From NCBI GenBank assembly GCA_051313645.2, contig JBNRSN020000012.1:59954001-60018000 (forward strand): DNA of 64,000 nucleotides, read 5' to 3'. The DNA comes from Centroscyllium fabricii. Taxonomy: Eukaryota. The notes below the pieces were generated by a model. The model had not been told where the DNA came from. It saw nothing but the letters and a program-made list of their open reading frames with translations, and made no database searches. The position numbers were made by a program, and so were the translations under genes. Of this stretch, positions 12,666 to 26,649 are shown one piece after another. Within the stretch, counting starts at the first letter, position 1. Each line of letters opens with the position of its first letter.

Positions 12666-15600
12666 CCATGAGCCTCAATTTTGTTAACCAGCCTTCTATG
12701 TGGTACTTTGTCAAACGTCTTCCTAAAATTCATGTAGACAAGATCCATTGCATTCCCTTCATCGATTCTCCGTTACTTCATCATAAAATTCAATTAGATT
12801 AGTCAAACATGATCGGCCTTTTACAAATCAGTGTTGGCTCTCCTTAATTAGCTTAAACCTCTCCAAGTGCCCGTTAATTTTTTCCTTGATTGTGGTTTCC
12901 AAAACTTTACCCACCACTGATGTTAAACTGACTGGCCTGTAGTTACTAGGATTGTCCTTGCACCCTTTCTTGAACAATGGTGTCACATTTGCCACTTTCC
13001 AATCCTCAGGCACCTCCCCCACATCTAGGGAAGATTGGAAAATTATGGCAAGCCCTTCTGCTATCTCCTCCCCCAATTCCCTTAGCAACCTGGGATGCAA
13101 GCCATCTGGACCAGGCGACTTGTCCACTCTAAGCATACCCAGCCTTTCTAATACATCCCATCAATTTTCACCCCTTCCATGGCTTCTACCTTTTCCACTT
13201 CTACTAATATTTTGTCAGCATCCACCTCCTTAGTAAACACCAATACAAAGTACTCAGAGTTTTCTAGCCTTGCCCTGCACCTCTAAGCATATAACACCAC
13301 CTTTGTCGCCAATAGGCCCCATCCCTCCTCTTGGTACCCGCTTACTGTTTACATGCCGGATGATTTAGATTCCCTTTTATGTTAACCACCATTCTACTCT
13401 CATATTCTCTCTTTGCCAATCTTATTTTTATCTTCACTTCCCCTCTCAACTTATTGTATTTGGTCTGGTTCTCCCTTGAAGAATTCACCTGACATTCATC
13501 ATACACCCTCTTTTTTTGTTCCGTCATCCTCCGAGGAGCCCTTGCTTTGCTTCCCTTACCCTTCTCTCTTGTTGGAATGTACCTAGCCTGTATTTGGAAC
13601 GTCTCCTCCTTAAAGATCACCCGTTGTTCCGCTACAATTTTTCCTGTCAGTCTTTGGTTCCATTTTACCCTGACTAGATCCTTTTGCATCACACTGAAGT
13701 TAGCACAATTCCAGTTTAGAAGATCCAATCTAGAGATTGTTCCTTGCTCCTCTCCATAGCTAATCTAAATCTTACGATAATCACTCGTACCCAAGTGTTC
13801 TCCCACAGACACTTGGTCGACCTGGCCCACCTCATTCCCCAGCACCAGATCCAGCAATGCCTCCTTCCTAGTTGGGCCAAGAACATTTTGGTCAAGGAAA
13901 TTTTCCTGAACACATTTCAGAAATTACTCCCCCTCCTTTCCCTTAGCATTATCCCAATCGAGATTTGGGTAATTAGTCATCCAATATCTCCACTCTAAAG
14001 CTCTTGCATATCTCTGCGATTTCCCTGAAGATTTGCTCCTCTACCTCCCTCTCACTGTTTGGAGGCCTATAGAATACCCCCAATAGTGTGATCATACCCT
14101 TTTTGCTCCTTAACTCTAACCAAATGTATTCTGTCCTTGTCCACTCAAGAACATCCTCCCTTTCCAACACGACAATGTCTTCCTTAATCAGCACTGCCAC
14201 CCCACCTCCCTTTTTACCTTCCCCATCTTTTCTGAACACCTTGTGCCCTTGAATATTTAGTGCCCAGTCCTCACCATTTTTAAGCCACGTTTCCGTTATT
14301 GCAGCTCGCCAACCTTATTCACCACCCTTTGTGCATTTACGTACATGCATTCTAAACCCATTTTTGAATTTTTTGCAGTCTTCCTTAAGTCTGCTCCCAT
14401 CTAATATGGTACTACTTCCACCTCTAGTACTACTTTCTTCTCTAGTACTATCTAACACACTCACTGTTATATGCACCTTACTCCTCTTTGCTACTCCTAC
14501 ATGCTGGTGCCCATCCCCCTGCCAAGCTAGTTTAAACCCTCCCCAACAGCACCAACAAACCTCCCCGCGAGAATATTGGTACCGGCTCAGTTGAGGTGTA
14601 ACCCGTCCGGCTTGTACAGGTCCCACCTTCCCCAGAAATGGTCCCAATTTCTCAGGAATCTAAAGCCCTCCCTCCTGCACTCTCTCTCCAGCCATGCATT
14701 CATCTGTTCTATCCTCCTATTCCTGTACTCACTAGCATGTGTCACTGGGATCAATCTGGAGATTTCTACCTTTGAGGTCCTGCTTTTTAATCTCTCTCCT
14801 AGCTCCCGAAATTCTGCCTGCAGGACCTCATCCCTCTTTCTGCCGATGTCATTGGTACCGATATGGACAACGACCTCTGGCTGTTCACCCTCCCCCCCTC
14901 AGAGTGTCCTGCAACCGCTCAGTGACATCTTTGACCCTGATACCAGGGAGGCAACATACCATCCTGGAGTCACGTCTGCGGCCGCAGAAATGCTTGTCTG
15001 CTCCGCTAACTATCGAATCCCCTACCACTGTTGCTCTTCCACTCTTTTTCCTCCCCTACTATGCAGCTGAGCCACCAGTGGTGCCTTGGATTTGTCTCTG
15101 GCTGAACTCGCCAGCAGACCCATCGCCCCCACCAGTACTCCGAACAGAATACTAGTTGGAGAGCGAGATGCACTCCGGGGACTCCTGCACTACCTGCCTT
15201 GTCCTCCTCTTCTATCTGGTGGTCATCTATTCCCTCTCTGCCTTAAGCTGCGGGGTGACCACCTCCAGAAATGTGCTATCCACGTAACTCTCAGCCTCGC
15301 AGATGCACCGCAGTGACTCCAGCTGCCTCTCAAGCTCTGAAACACGGATCTCGAGCTGCCTTAGCTGGTGACACTTCCTGCACGTGTTCGTCCAGGCTAC
15401 GCAAACCATCCAGGACATCCCACGTGGCACCGGATGTGCACTGGTCAGGACTGAGCTGCCCCGCCATGCCTCTATTTAATAGACGAAGAACAAACTAAGC
15501 AGAAATAAACTTAAAACTTAAAAAAAACTCACCTGCTACTCACCAATCAGCTCCTTCCCTTGTGCCGACATCATTTTTTCTACTCGGACGTCATTCTTTC

Positions 15601-15762
15601 GGACTCTGCCTCTGTTGAGCCGCTGCCTCTTCCGCTCTGCTCCCGCTCTGGTCTCGCCCAAGTCCGCTGCCTCCACTTCCTCTTGTGCTCTTTACAGCGC
15701 CGTTGATCCCACTCCTCCTCTCGCGAACTTAATAGCGCTGCTGCTCCCGCGCCTTTTGCACT
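12666..15762 (-). mobile_element. CR1 LINE 5' portion (5' UTR, ORF1, ORF2 N-terminus)
   Basis: ORF1 CRKCHQLRQLEIRVSELERQLESLR; APE KKGGGVAVLIKE, GVFYRPPNS; RT KSPGPDGLHPRLLRE, NYRPVSLTS. Confidence 0.9.
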
Positions 15763-17900
15763 CTTTATGGCATTTTCACTCCCAACACGAGTCCTCTTGT
15801 GGCAACCTGGACAAGGCATCTTTTGCTTTAAAGTGCGATATTCAATCGTGTAATCATATTGTGACAACAACACTGCCCAACGTTGCATTCTTGAGGTGGC
15901 CATTGCAGGGATGGCAAAATTGGGCCCCAATATGGCTACGGGCGGTTTGTGTTCGGTTATCAGGGTAAACTTTCTCCAAATCAGGAACTGTTGAAGTTTC
16001 GTGATTCCAAACACTATGGTGAGTGCTTAGTTTCTTTCACTCTGTGAAGGTTCACAATGTGAACATGACTGATTTCTCTTGGACGTCATCCATTACGTGG
16101 CTTATGACAGCTCCCACACCGTAGCTGGAAGCATCACACGCTAACTTAAACTCACGTTCTGTATCGTAGTGCACAAGCAGAGCATTGCTGGAGACTTCTC
16201 TTACAAGCATCGTAAGGTTCCTGTTGCGCTTTCGTCCACTTCCACCAGACATCCTTCTTGAGTAGCTTGTGTTAACTCAGGTAAAAAAACGTGCGTAGTA
16301 CTGGAGCATTTCAAGGAAAGATCTTGACTCAGACACGTTCTGTGGCTTTGGAGCACTGACAGCATCACCCTTTTCCTTCACAGGTTGCAAGCCATTTGCA
16401 TCAACTTTCAGACCAAGGTACACAACCTCGGGCTACACAAATGCACATTTGCTCCTTTTTAATTTGACATTGTGGGCATTCAACTTTTGAAGCACTGTAT
16501 CTAACACTTCTAGATTTTCTTCCTCACTGCTCGTTGCCAACAGCACATTGTCTTAATTGCACAAGCAATTTGGAACTCCTTGCAAAATCTTACCCATCGT
16601 CACCTGGAAGATTTTGGGGGAGGACTTTGCACCATATGGCAGCTTGGTGTAAGAGTACGGTCCCGTGTGTGTGCTGATGGGGAGATACTATTGACTCTCT
16701 CAACATTCAGCTGAGTGTAAACGTGTGACAAGTTAAGTTTAGAGAAAACCTTTGACCCAGAGAGTGCTGCATACAAATCTTGCGATGTTGGTGACAGGTA
16801 CTGCTCATCGTGAACTGCTTGGGTGATAGTAACTTTGGAGTCACCACACAAGCGTACAGTTTTGTCGGCTTTGCGCACTACTACGATCAGGCTAGCCCAT
16901 TCACTTTTGCCAGCTTTTACTAGCATTCTGTTCTCTAAGTTTCGCAAGCTCTTCCTCCACCTGACTTTTCAACACATAGGGGACCGACCTTGCCTTACAA
17001 TAGACAGGCTTCACGTTCATGAAAACATTATAGTGTTAAAATGTTCTGAAGTTATTCGGATATGCGCATCATACCCAGTGATGTCCTTATAGCTGGGTCT
17101 GAACATGCTTTCAATGTTTCTCTCTCCACGGATGCTGACTGGCCTGCTGAGTTTTTCCAGCATTTTCTGTTTTCATTTCAGATTTCCAGCATCCGCAGTA
17201 TTTTGCTATTATAACTCTGCTATTTCTAACAGCTTTGAGTCAAAATGGACATCGAGTTTCTTGACAATGTCTTCAAACAATGCATCCTTCGCGTTCCCTG
17301 GTTAGAGTAGGTTTGTCAACGTTCCGTAGACATCTGGCCCCATCTCCATTAAGAAAATTGCTTTTTTACATTCACGAATTACTTCATTTTGAGCTTGAAC
17401 GTTCTCATCTGCACCTTCAGTCTCAATAACGTTATTGGCCCGAAAAAACATCTCCATCAATGTAAGAACTGAATGATTCACAAGCTCAGTCATACATGCC
17501 GAGGCTTCCGATGAATCCCGTCGGCGCGGCCATGATTGTCCCGATCCCATCGAACAGTGACTCAGTACGTTACCTGTGTACATGAGAATCAACACCGCTG
17601 TGCTGTGTATACATACACGCGAAGGCAAAGCAGAAGACGATTCTGCATGAGCATGAACGATAAAACATGGTAATAATCCAATTTAGGTGTCACAAATTCC
17701 CCTTAAACTTGTCCACTCGCATGTTGAACACTGTGTCCTTCCACGATCCCTAAAAAAAATGGCTTTGGGATCCCATACTCGGTCGCCAAAATGGAATATA
17801 TGTGGGTAGAACAAATGAATGATAGAGACATGATGAGTTGGTAGTTCATGTGCTTGCTTTATTAGGCCAGAATGAACTGAGCATGCTCATACTAAACCAT
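15763..17900 (-). mobile_element. Degenerate Ty3/Gypsy LTR retrotransposon (gag, RT, RNase H, PBS, LTR remnant)
   Basis: EWASLIVVVRKADKTVRLCGD (RT), KLACDASSYGVGAVISH and FTLITEHKP (RNase H), gag-like MGPDVYGTLTNLL; PBS TGGCGACCGAGTATGGGAT at 17788-17770. Confidence 0.85.
17113..17212 (+). repeat. Penelope-associated terminal repeat fragment within the Gypsy remnant
   Basis: tctctctccacggatgctgactggcctgctgagtttttccagcattttctg, similar to the reverse complement of 32950-33005. Confidence 0.6.
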
Positions 17901-18599
17901 GTGACAATACATTATAGTGGTTGGCACATTGGGCAGGGTCAGTGAGAGAGATTGAGACAGTTGGAATTTCAAGGAAGCGGTGATGGGTACCTCGATGGGC
18001 CTGTCAGAGAAGGGGAAGAGAGGTACAGAGGGCTCATTAAAGGAGGACACAATAGTAATGGCGAAGGGGAGTAGCATGACGGCAGAGTACTGATGGATGG
18101 GGGGGGGGGGGGGGGGACAGAAATGAAAGATTCATGACTGGATGACTGGAAGGGGAGGAGACAGGAGAGAAGGGCCTAACCGGTGTCAAGAGATAATAAA
18201 GAATTAATTGGCCTGGGTCTGGAATGGCAATCAAAATGTGCAGGTGAATAGACAAAGAATTTGGATTACATAAGCACACACCACTTATCTCATTTGAGAG
18301 ACAGTACTGCCACAGAATATGTGTTATGTTTACCTATATAACTGTTAATGCACCCCAAAAGTAATTCACTTTGTGAAACCCTTGCGATATTTTGACTTAA
18401 GGTACTTTTTAAATGCATGGATTATTTATTACAACATCTTCAGTGTGACTCTAGCCCAAGACTCTGAAGGTCCACATCAACTGAAATGGCTCCACAAACT
18501 GGGTTTGTGAGTTCCCTTGGGACCCGAGAAGGTGGTCATTTTGCTAAGTTACTAGCATGTTAGTCATTTTGCAGTTGACAGCAGCACTTAAACGCCATA

Positions 18600-18810
18600 C
18601 CCTTACCACTGATTCAATCCTGCTCTCTGCCTACTTTCCTCCTTTAAGACTCTGCTTAAGACCCACCTCTGACCAAGCTTTTGGCCACCCCTGCTGAGAT
18701 CTCCTTCCTTGGCTCGCCATCCTTTTTTTTAAATATATATATATTATGCTTCTGTGAAGCGCCTTGTGAGGTTTTGCTACATTTCTACATTAATGGTATT
18801 ATAGTTGCGG
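18600..18810 (+). mobile_element. L2 LINE 3' end remnant
   Basis: ctttaagac...ctctgaccaagcttttggcc...gtgaagcgccttg; same tail type as the 35140-35280 element. Confidence 0.6.
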
Positions 18811-18822
18811 TTATGAAGTCAC

Positions 18823-18922
18823 CTGCTGGCTTGTTTGTATTTTTTTCCTTCTTCATAGATCCAGTCTGGCCTTTTTCTTGAGGTTTCTTTAAGGAACTGT
18901 TAGTATTGTTTTTGTTGTTTAC
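18823..18922 (-). CDS. ABCC5: ABCC5 coding exon (~exon 17; NBD1-TMD2 linker)
   Basis: VNNKNNTNSSLKKPQEKGQTGSMKKEKNTNKPA; CAG/GTGAC; 100 bp gives the phase 1 needed by the next exon; not in ORF track. Confidence 0.88.
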
Positions 18923-19222
18923 CTGAAAAATAACCAAAAAGATGTGACATTAGAATGCAGAATGGAGACAAGCTAAGGCTCGGTTTACATACCTTGGTAA
19001 ATATTTTACACATGCACGATTAAGTAGTGCTTCTCATCTAATTATGCTTACAAAGTTTGTCATTAATCCTCATACTAAATTCAATAAAAGGGGAAACAGA
19101 TTACCTACTGTAGATATGGTTTCCCTCATCTTTTAAAAAAAAAGCTCAGCCTCTAAAAATAAACAGGATATAGTGCGGTCATAAATTTCCAACAGTAATG
19201 GGGGTGCAAAAAACATTGACAA

Positions 19223-19949
19223 TGGGCGCGAAATTCCCGCTCTAGCGCCGGCCCGTTAGCGCGTGCTAATCGGGCGGCACCGAATTAGCGCTAAAAATAG
19301 CGCCCAGCGCTAAATTCAGCTGGGCGCTAAGTTGGGGCTAATTGGTAGCGCCCCAACGAATTTAGCGCCCAGCTGGACGTCGAGAATGACGTCATCAGGC
19401 CACGCAGCGCCTGGGAGGCGTCCCCAGCCAAACTTGGGCAGCGCCCGCTGTCTTGTCCCTAGGCGCTGCCCGCGCCAACTTTCCCCGGCCGAAAAAGCAG
19501 CGCTCGAGCGCTGCTTCAAAGGATGTGTGGCGGTCGGCCATTTTTATTGCTGGCCAACCGCCAGCACATTCCCCCTCGGCCTCCCCCGGCGGGGTGAGGC
19601 CTCAGTCAGCTGAGCCCGGCACTTCCCTCCAGTGCCGGGCTCGTTCTCCGGCTCCCTCGGCAGCCCCACGGGGCTCTGGCAGCAGCCGCACTAGGCCCCT
19701 CCCCTTTAATGAGGAAGGAAGGCCTGCCATTCCGCGGGCCGCCGCTGCGGCCTCACTCGCGCAGTGCTGCCCCAACGGCCCGGTATTCGGCCGCCTCACA
19801 CTAAGAGCGAGGCGGCCCGCCCGATTCAGCGCCCGCCAACCCGTAATGGGCGATAGCAGCCAATTTCGGCGCCAGCTCATCGCTGGTGCTAAAAATAGCA
19901 CATCGCCTGGGTCAGTGCCACAAAGTGCACGCTGACCAATTTCTCCCCA
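19223..19949. mobile_element. GC-rich non-autonomous DNA element with GGG..AAATT termini (PIF/Harbinger-like, tentative)
   Basis: Ends TGGGCGCGAAATT / AATTTCTCCCCA; many subterminal TTAGCGC/GCGCTAA inverted repeats; CpG-rich. Confidence 0.6.
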
Positions 19950-20373
19950 GTGTCTCCAAGAAATTTGTATCCTATCTGGTCAGTTGATCTCCAATCTGGT
20001 ATATACACAGCAGCGTCCACCTTGGGCTGTACCCTACTATGATGATAAATGAGACCCTAAGAGCACTGAACCATTCATATTGAAGATTCAACTCAAACTA
20101 AATAGAAAAAAGAAACAAGGATGGGCTGAGAGGAATATTTGCGTGTAGAAGATGACAATATTTCAAAGAAAGAAAACCATACCTAGTGTAAGTCATCAAA
20201 CATCTTTCTGATTCAACCTTTACACAAGCAGCAGTATACCAAGTTGTGCAGAAGACTGATGGTAGGACTTGAGGACCTGCACCTTTGTGCCAGCTTAGTA
20301 GTATAGCACTCCCAAAGCACTTCCTAATCTTGACATTGTTACGATACATGGAGAGAAACAGATTAATATGGTA

Positions 20374-21193
20374 CAGGTTGAGCACCGTTAATCCGGTAAC
20401 CGAATAGCCGGCAGCTTCAGTCTGCCGGCACAAATTGCCCCGACTGCACTGCGCATGCGCAAAATGGCAGCCGCCATCGTGGCTTCAACGAATGATCTGC
20501 GCATGCGCCGAGCGCATGCGCAGATCATTCAAAACAGCTGCGGGTGTTTTGAATGATCTGCGCATGCGTCGCCGGAAGGTTAGCGCATGCGCAGATAATT
20601 CAATACGGCCGCTGGTTATTTTATCGATAACTGTAATTGAAGCCATGATGTGGAGGTGCTGGTGTTGGACTGGGATGGACAATTGTAAGAAGCCACACAG
20701 CACCAGGCTGTAGTCCAAAAGTCCCACTCAAAATCACGGGCCTTCGGAGCGCCGCTCCCCCATCACCTGACGGGGAAGCGGCGCTCCGAAAGCCCGTGAC
20801 CCCAACTAAAACCGTTGGACCACAGCCTGGCGCCGTGTGACCTCTTACAATTGAAAGCAAAACGGGATTGGATAAATTGCCCCCCCGCCGACCCGCGCCA
20901 CCCTCCTTTCCCCCCCCCCCCCCGCGCCGCGCCTTCCTCCTCCCCCCCCCCCCGACCCGCGCCGCGCCGCGCCACCCTCCTTCCACAAAAGCCTGAGCCC
21001 ATCAAAAAACTTCGCGGCGGCCAATATTGGACGATCTGCGCATGCGCACGCCAGCCAATACCAATGTTGCGCGCATGCGCGCTGCCATTTTGACTGGTGC
21101 GCATGCGCAGTGTCCAAACTCGTTCTCCCGGTTTTTTCCATTTCCCGGCACGGGCCTGGTCCCGCCCGTGCCGGATTAACGGTGCTCAACCTG
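20374..21193. mobile_element. Non-autonomous pogo/Tigger-like element, copy 3, with cargo
   Basis: Perfect TIR CAGGTTGAGCACCGTTAATCCGG / CCGGATTAACGGTGCTCAACCTG; TA on both sides. Confidence 0.92.
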
Positions 21194-21401
21194 TAGTTTA
21201 AAGAACAGAATTGGTACAGCAGGAGAGAGTTTTACTTCTGGGTAAGGCACTGCAAGATGCATGGGTTGTTTTCGGTTTCAACCCAATGGGGTGGGGGCAG
21301 GCGGAAATGAATTCTTGCTTGGTGAGAGGTGGGGTGGGGGTGCTTTAGGTTTGCCGCAATCTATGCTTAGTTGGGGTGCATTGATATGCGCTTGCCAGAT
21401 G

Positions 21402-21433
<32 letters not shown>

Positions 21434-22237
21434 AGGGGCTTGTGTATCTGGGTTTCCTCCAGGTTTTGGGTGGGGTCAACTTTCTTCAAAGGATGGGTAG
21501 TTGATCTGTTCCCTGGGGAAAGGAGTTTGTCGCTTCTTGCAAGCTCTGCTCGTTGTGGGTGTATGTGATCCCTGCTCACTTGGGGGCCGAGGGGGGATAT
21601 GTTTTTCTTGCACAGGAGGGGCTTATTTTGAACTTTCATTGTTGCTTCATCTAATTATTTTGCTGTGCTTCATCAATATGGAAGGTGGATTTGTTCACTT
21701 GATTTTGCAAACAAATGTTCCAAATGTTGTTCTATTTTCCTTCCAACGCCCAGTGCTTCTTTTTTAGTCAGTCTTGCTTACTCTTTGGTTACCATGTTGT
21801 TAAATGCAGCTGATAGCAGTTAAATTAGATGTTTCCAGCCACTGGTTTACTTTCACTTCCATGAATCATTCGAAGCTAATATATTCTTGTTGACCAGTGG
21901 CATACTTTAACTGTCAAAATATGATTCCCTAATTTTCATTTTAAATGTTTGCTGATCATTTTGCAGTTTTGAAACTTTGTTCTTTTTGCTCACACGCATC
22001 TCAAGTGCCCAGGTCCGTTATTTGTTTCCTGAACGGGATACATTGTAACACTATGTGCTGCTCCATTATACTCAAATTAGCCATGTACAGTTAAGATCAC
22101 AGCACCATCTATCAGCATAGTATCCTTGGAATTTCAGACCACTCACCATTTTTAATACATAATAGATGAAAATGCAAAGGTCGTGTACATAGATTGCACT
22201 TCAGTGGGTATTTTTTGATATATAGAAATAAAATTAC

Positions 22238-22381
22238 CTCAACATGTGGAGTGTCTCCCAGCTGCAGATTGTTGAACATTGCTGCATAATCGCCATTCAA
22301 AATCATTAATTCTTCATGAGACCCTCTCTCAGTTATGCAGCCATCCTTCATTAAAAGCACCTCATCACAGTCCACCAGATA
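22238..22381 (-). CDS. ABCC5: ABCC5 coding exon (~exon 16; end of NBD1)
   Basis: YLVDCDEVLLMKDGCITERGSHEELM...TPHVE; CAG/GTAAT; 144 bp. Confidence 0.96.
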
Positions 22382-22479
22382 CTGCTCAAGTTAGACAGAG
22401 AATCAATTAATTACTTTATGCATCTTTATATCTCACACACTTAAGATTTTGAACCAGGTTTGCAAGAATTTTTAAAATG

Positions 22480-23730
22480 TATTTATTCATTCATGGGATA
22501 TTGGCAAAGCCAGCATTTATCTCCCTTCAGGTGGTGGTGAGCTGCCTTCTTGAGCTGCTACAGTCCGTGTGGTGAAGGTACTCCCGCAGTATTGTTAGGG
22601 AGTTCCAGGATTTTGACTCCTCGAAGATGAAAGAATGGCGATATATTTCCAAGTGTGACTTGGAGGGGAACTTGGAGGTGGTGGTGTTCCCATGCGCCTG
22701 CCCTTGTCCTTCTAGATGGTAGAGGTCATGGGTTTGGGTGGTGCTATCAAAGAAGCCTTGCTGAGTTGCTGCAGTGCATCTTGTAGATGGTACACACTGC
22801 AGCCACGGTGCGCTGGTGGGGGAGGAAGTGAATGTTTAAGGTGGTGGATGGGGGTGCCAATCAAGCGGGCTGCATGGTCCTGGAGGGTATGGAGCTTCAA
22901 CAGTGTTGTTGGAGCTGCACCCATCCAGGCAAGTAGTCCATCACACTCCTGACTTGTGCCTTTAGACGATGGAAAGGCTTTGGGGGGGGTCAGGTGGTGA
23001 GTCACTCGCCACAGAATACCCAGCCTCTGACCTGCTCTTGTAGCCACAGTATGTGTGTAGCTGGTCCAGTTAAGTTTCTGGTCAATGGTGACCCCCAGGA
23101 TGTTGATGGTGGGGGATTCGGCAATGGTTATCCCATTGAATGTCAAGGGGAGGTAGCTCGGCTCTCTTGTAGGAGATGGTCAGTACCTACCACATGTGTG
23201 GCGCGAATGTTACGTGCCACTTATCAGCCCAAGGCTGACTGTTATCCAAATCTTGCTGCATGCAGGCATGGACTGCTTCATTATGAGGAGTTGCGAATGG
23301 AACTAAACATGGTGTAATCATCAGCGAACATCCCCACATCAGACCTTATGATGGAGGGAAGGTCATTGATGAAGCAGCTAAAGATGTTTGGGCTTAGGAC
23401 ACTGCCCTGAGAAACCCCTGCAGTGATGTCCTGGGGCTGATATGATTGGCCTCCAAGAAACACAACCAGCTTCCTTTGTGCTAGGTATTCCCCGATTCCC
23501 ATTGACTTTAATTTTACTAAGGCACCTTGATGCCACACTCGGTCAAATGCTGCCTTGATGTCAAGGGCAGTCACTCTCACCTCTGGAATTCAGCTCTTAT
23601 ATCCAAGTTTAGACGTAGGCTGGAATGAGGTCTGGAGCTGAATGGTGGTCCTGGCGGAATGCAAACTGAGCATTGGTGAGCAGGTGATTGATGAGTAAGT
23701 GCCGCTTAATAGCACGGTCGATGACACCCA
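22480..23730 (-). mobile_element. CR1/L2-group LINE 3' fragment (second family)
   Basis: ALDIKAAFDRVWH, GVSQGSVLSPNIFSCFINDL, MFADD, ILGVTIDQKLNW. Confidence 0.88.
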
Positions 23731-24339
23731 ACGATGTCCAATATTTTGTCCAAGAGTTTTATTTTATTGGTTATGGCCAAATGTAAATTGCAGCACAGGC
23801 CTACCAGCATTGCACTGCTCAGAAAATTCCACTCACCAATTAGCCACGAACAAGTTGTTTTCCATCCTTGCCAAACTAAAAACAAAGCAACTTACCAGCT
23901 TGCAATATTGCTAAGTTCACCCCTGCAGCTTCAAACTGTCATCATATTCGTTTTTTCTGCTTCAGCTTATCCATTGCGGCCTAGTGTCCCTACCCTCCTG
24001 CCAAGTTCCATTACTATACCAAAAAGCTTCTTTTTTGAAGAAGTAATTTTTTCTGATTAAAAGTAAATCAATTATTTTTCCAATGAAATTAGTAAGTAAC
24101 TTTCCATTCAGTCATCTTCATTCTTGAATTCAATTTTGACCACCACATGAAAGTAGGATTTGCCTTCACATGGGAGAAAAATACCTTGACACTCACACTT
24201 ACAAAAATTGCACCTTTGGCAGTCAGTCTGAACTGAAACAAGCCTACACGTTTACCCAGAATAAGCAGCAATGAAAGTTATATGAAAGTCGCAAACATTA
24301 CAATGAGCAATGAAATTGATAAACACCATTCAATTACAA

Positions 24340-24900
24340 TAGTTTTGAGCCGTATCAGGAGGCAGCTATATTGAGGTTTAGCTTCATCAAAGAAGACTTC
24401 CTCGGGTAAGTTGTATTTCCCATTGTTCCTCATTCTTCCAATCTCCATATACAAACTGGAAGTAAAAAGTGTAATACAAAAATCGGAATACAGCTCTTAA
24501 GACTTGCATTTCATGCAAGCTTACAGCAATCAAGTTTTTGGCACTGTGGGCGAACAAGGTAAGATTGCAATGCCGAGTAAAATAATGCAGAATGCTCCAA
24601 GTCACCACCCTGCAAATGGTCTCGAGCAGAACCTGACATTTAGTGTTCCAAGAATTAGCCAATGCATGAGTTAAGCAATCTCTAACTTTTCCTGATGGGT
24701 CCAGCCATGTCAGGGGATAAATAGAGAAGCACTTCACCATTCAATTATCCAAGTGCTTAGTGACAGGTTGTCCGAAAGTGAAACTAGTATCTGTCTAGAC
24801 CAACAAAGGTCCTTTATCAAACTAAATAATAGGCTAATTCCGTGGTACATGTCAACTCGGTGATATTCCCTCTCAATTGAAGTAATTAGAAGCAACAGAT
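24340..24900 (-). mobile_element. Old LINE 5' fragment, possibly RTE (APE start)
   Basis: Minus-strand LILGTLNVR (APE motif I) followed by a degenerate QE-like region. Confidence 0.4.
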
Positions 24901-25495
24901 AAAATGTATGCACCAAGATTTCCTTCCAGTATCAGTTTTTTTCAAGAGGTCCCCTAATTATTAGAAACTATTGAATATTTTGGTGCAGAGTGAGGTTTAC
25001 CATGGATGCAATTTTCAACTGTCAACTTGAAGGAAAACTCGAAGTTGTGTTATTCAAGTTTATGCTTGCAAAGTTTAACTTCATATCTTAAGAGTACAAC
25101 AATCAATGGCAATTTTACATCATGGTGATCTACAGATGGACTCTTTTTGCCCATCATCTCCTTTCTACTGCAAGTAGAGATTTCTATAAGTTGTACAACT
25201 GTGATCACAATAAAACATTCTCTTCACTGTCACGAATGTTAATATGGAAAAGGCCCGGTTAACTAAAAAAATAACTGGAATTGGTTCTTGGGAGTCTTAA
25301 AAAAAAAAAAAAAATCTCGTCCCAGGCTAACTGGATTAATTGGACACGTGCAAGTTATAAAACAGATAGAAATTGTGTAACTATACAATGTTCAGTGAAA
25401 ATACAACTTATAAATTCTTTTCTTCATCAAAAAATAAAAATTAGATCAGGAATCGTAATACTTATTTTGTTTGTCTGCTTCAAAGATTCTTACTA

Positions 25496-26482
<987 letters not shown>

Positions 26483-26649
26483 TCATTACCATAGCTTCAA
26501 ATGAGTGAACAGGTACCATTTCAGATTCAATCACTTGTGTTGGTGGGTAGACTATATACAAGCAGGATTTTTATAGTACTTCATCCTTTTACAATTTCGC
26601 TACATTTAAAAGGTGAAACCTGCAAGTTAGATGTAAAGCTCAAAATGTA

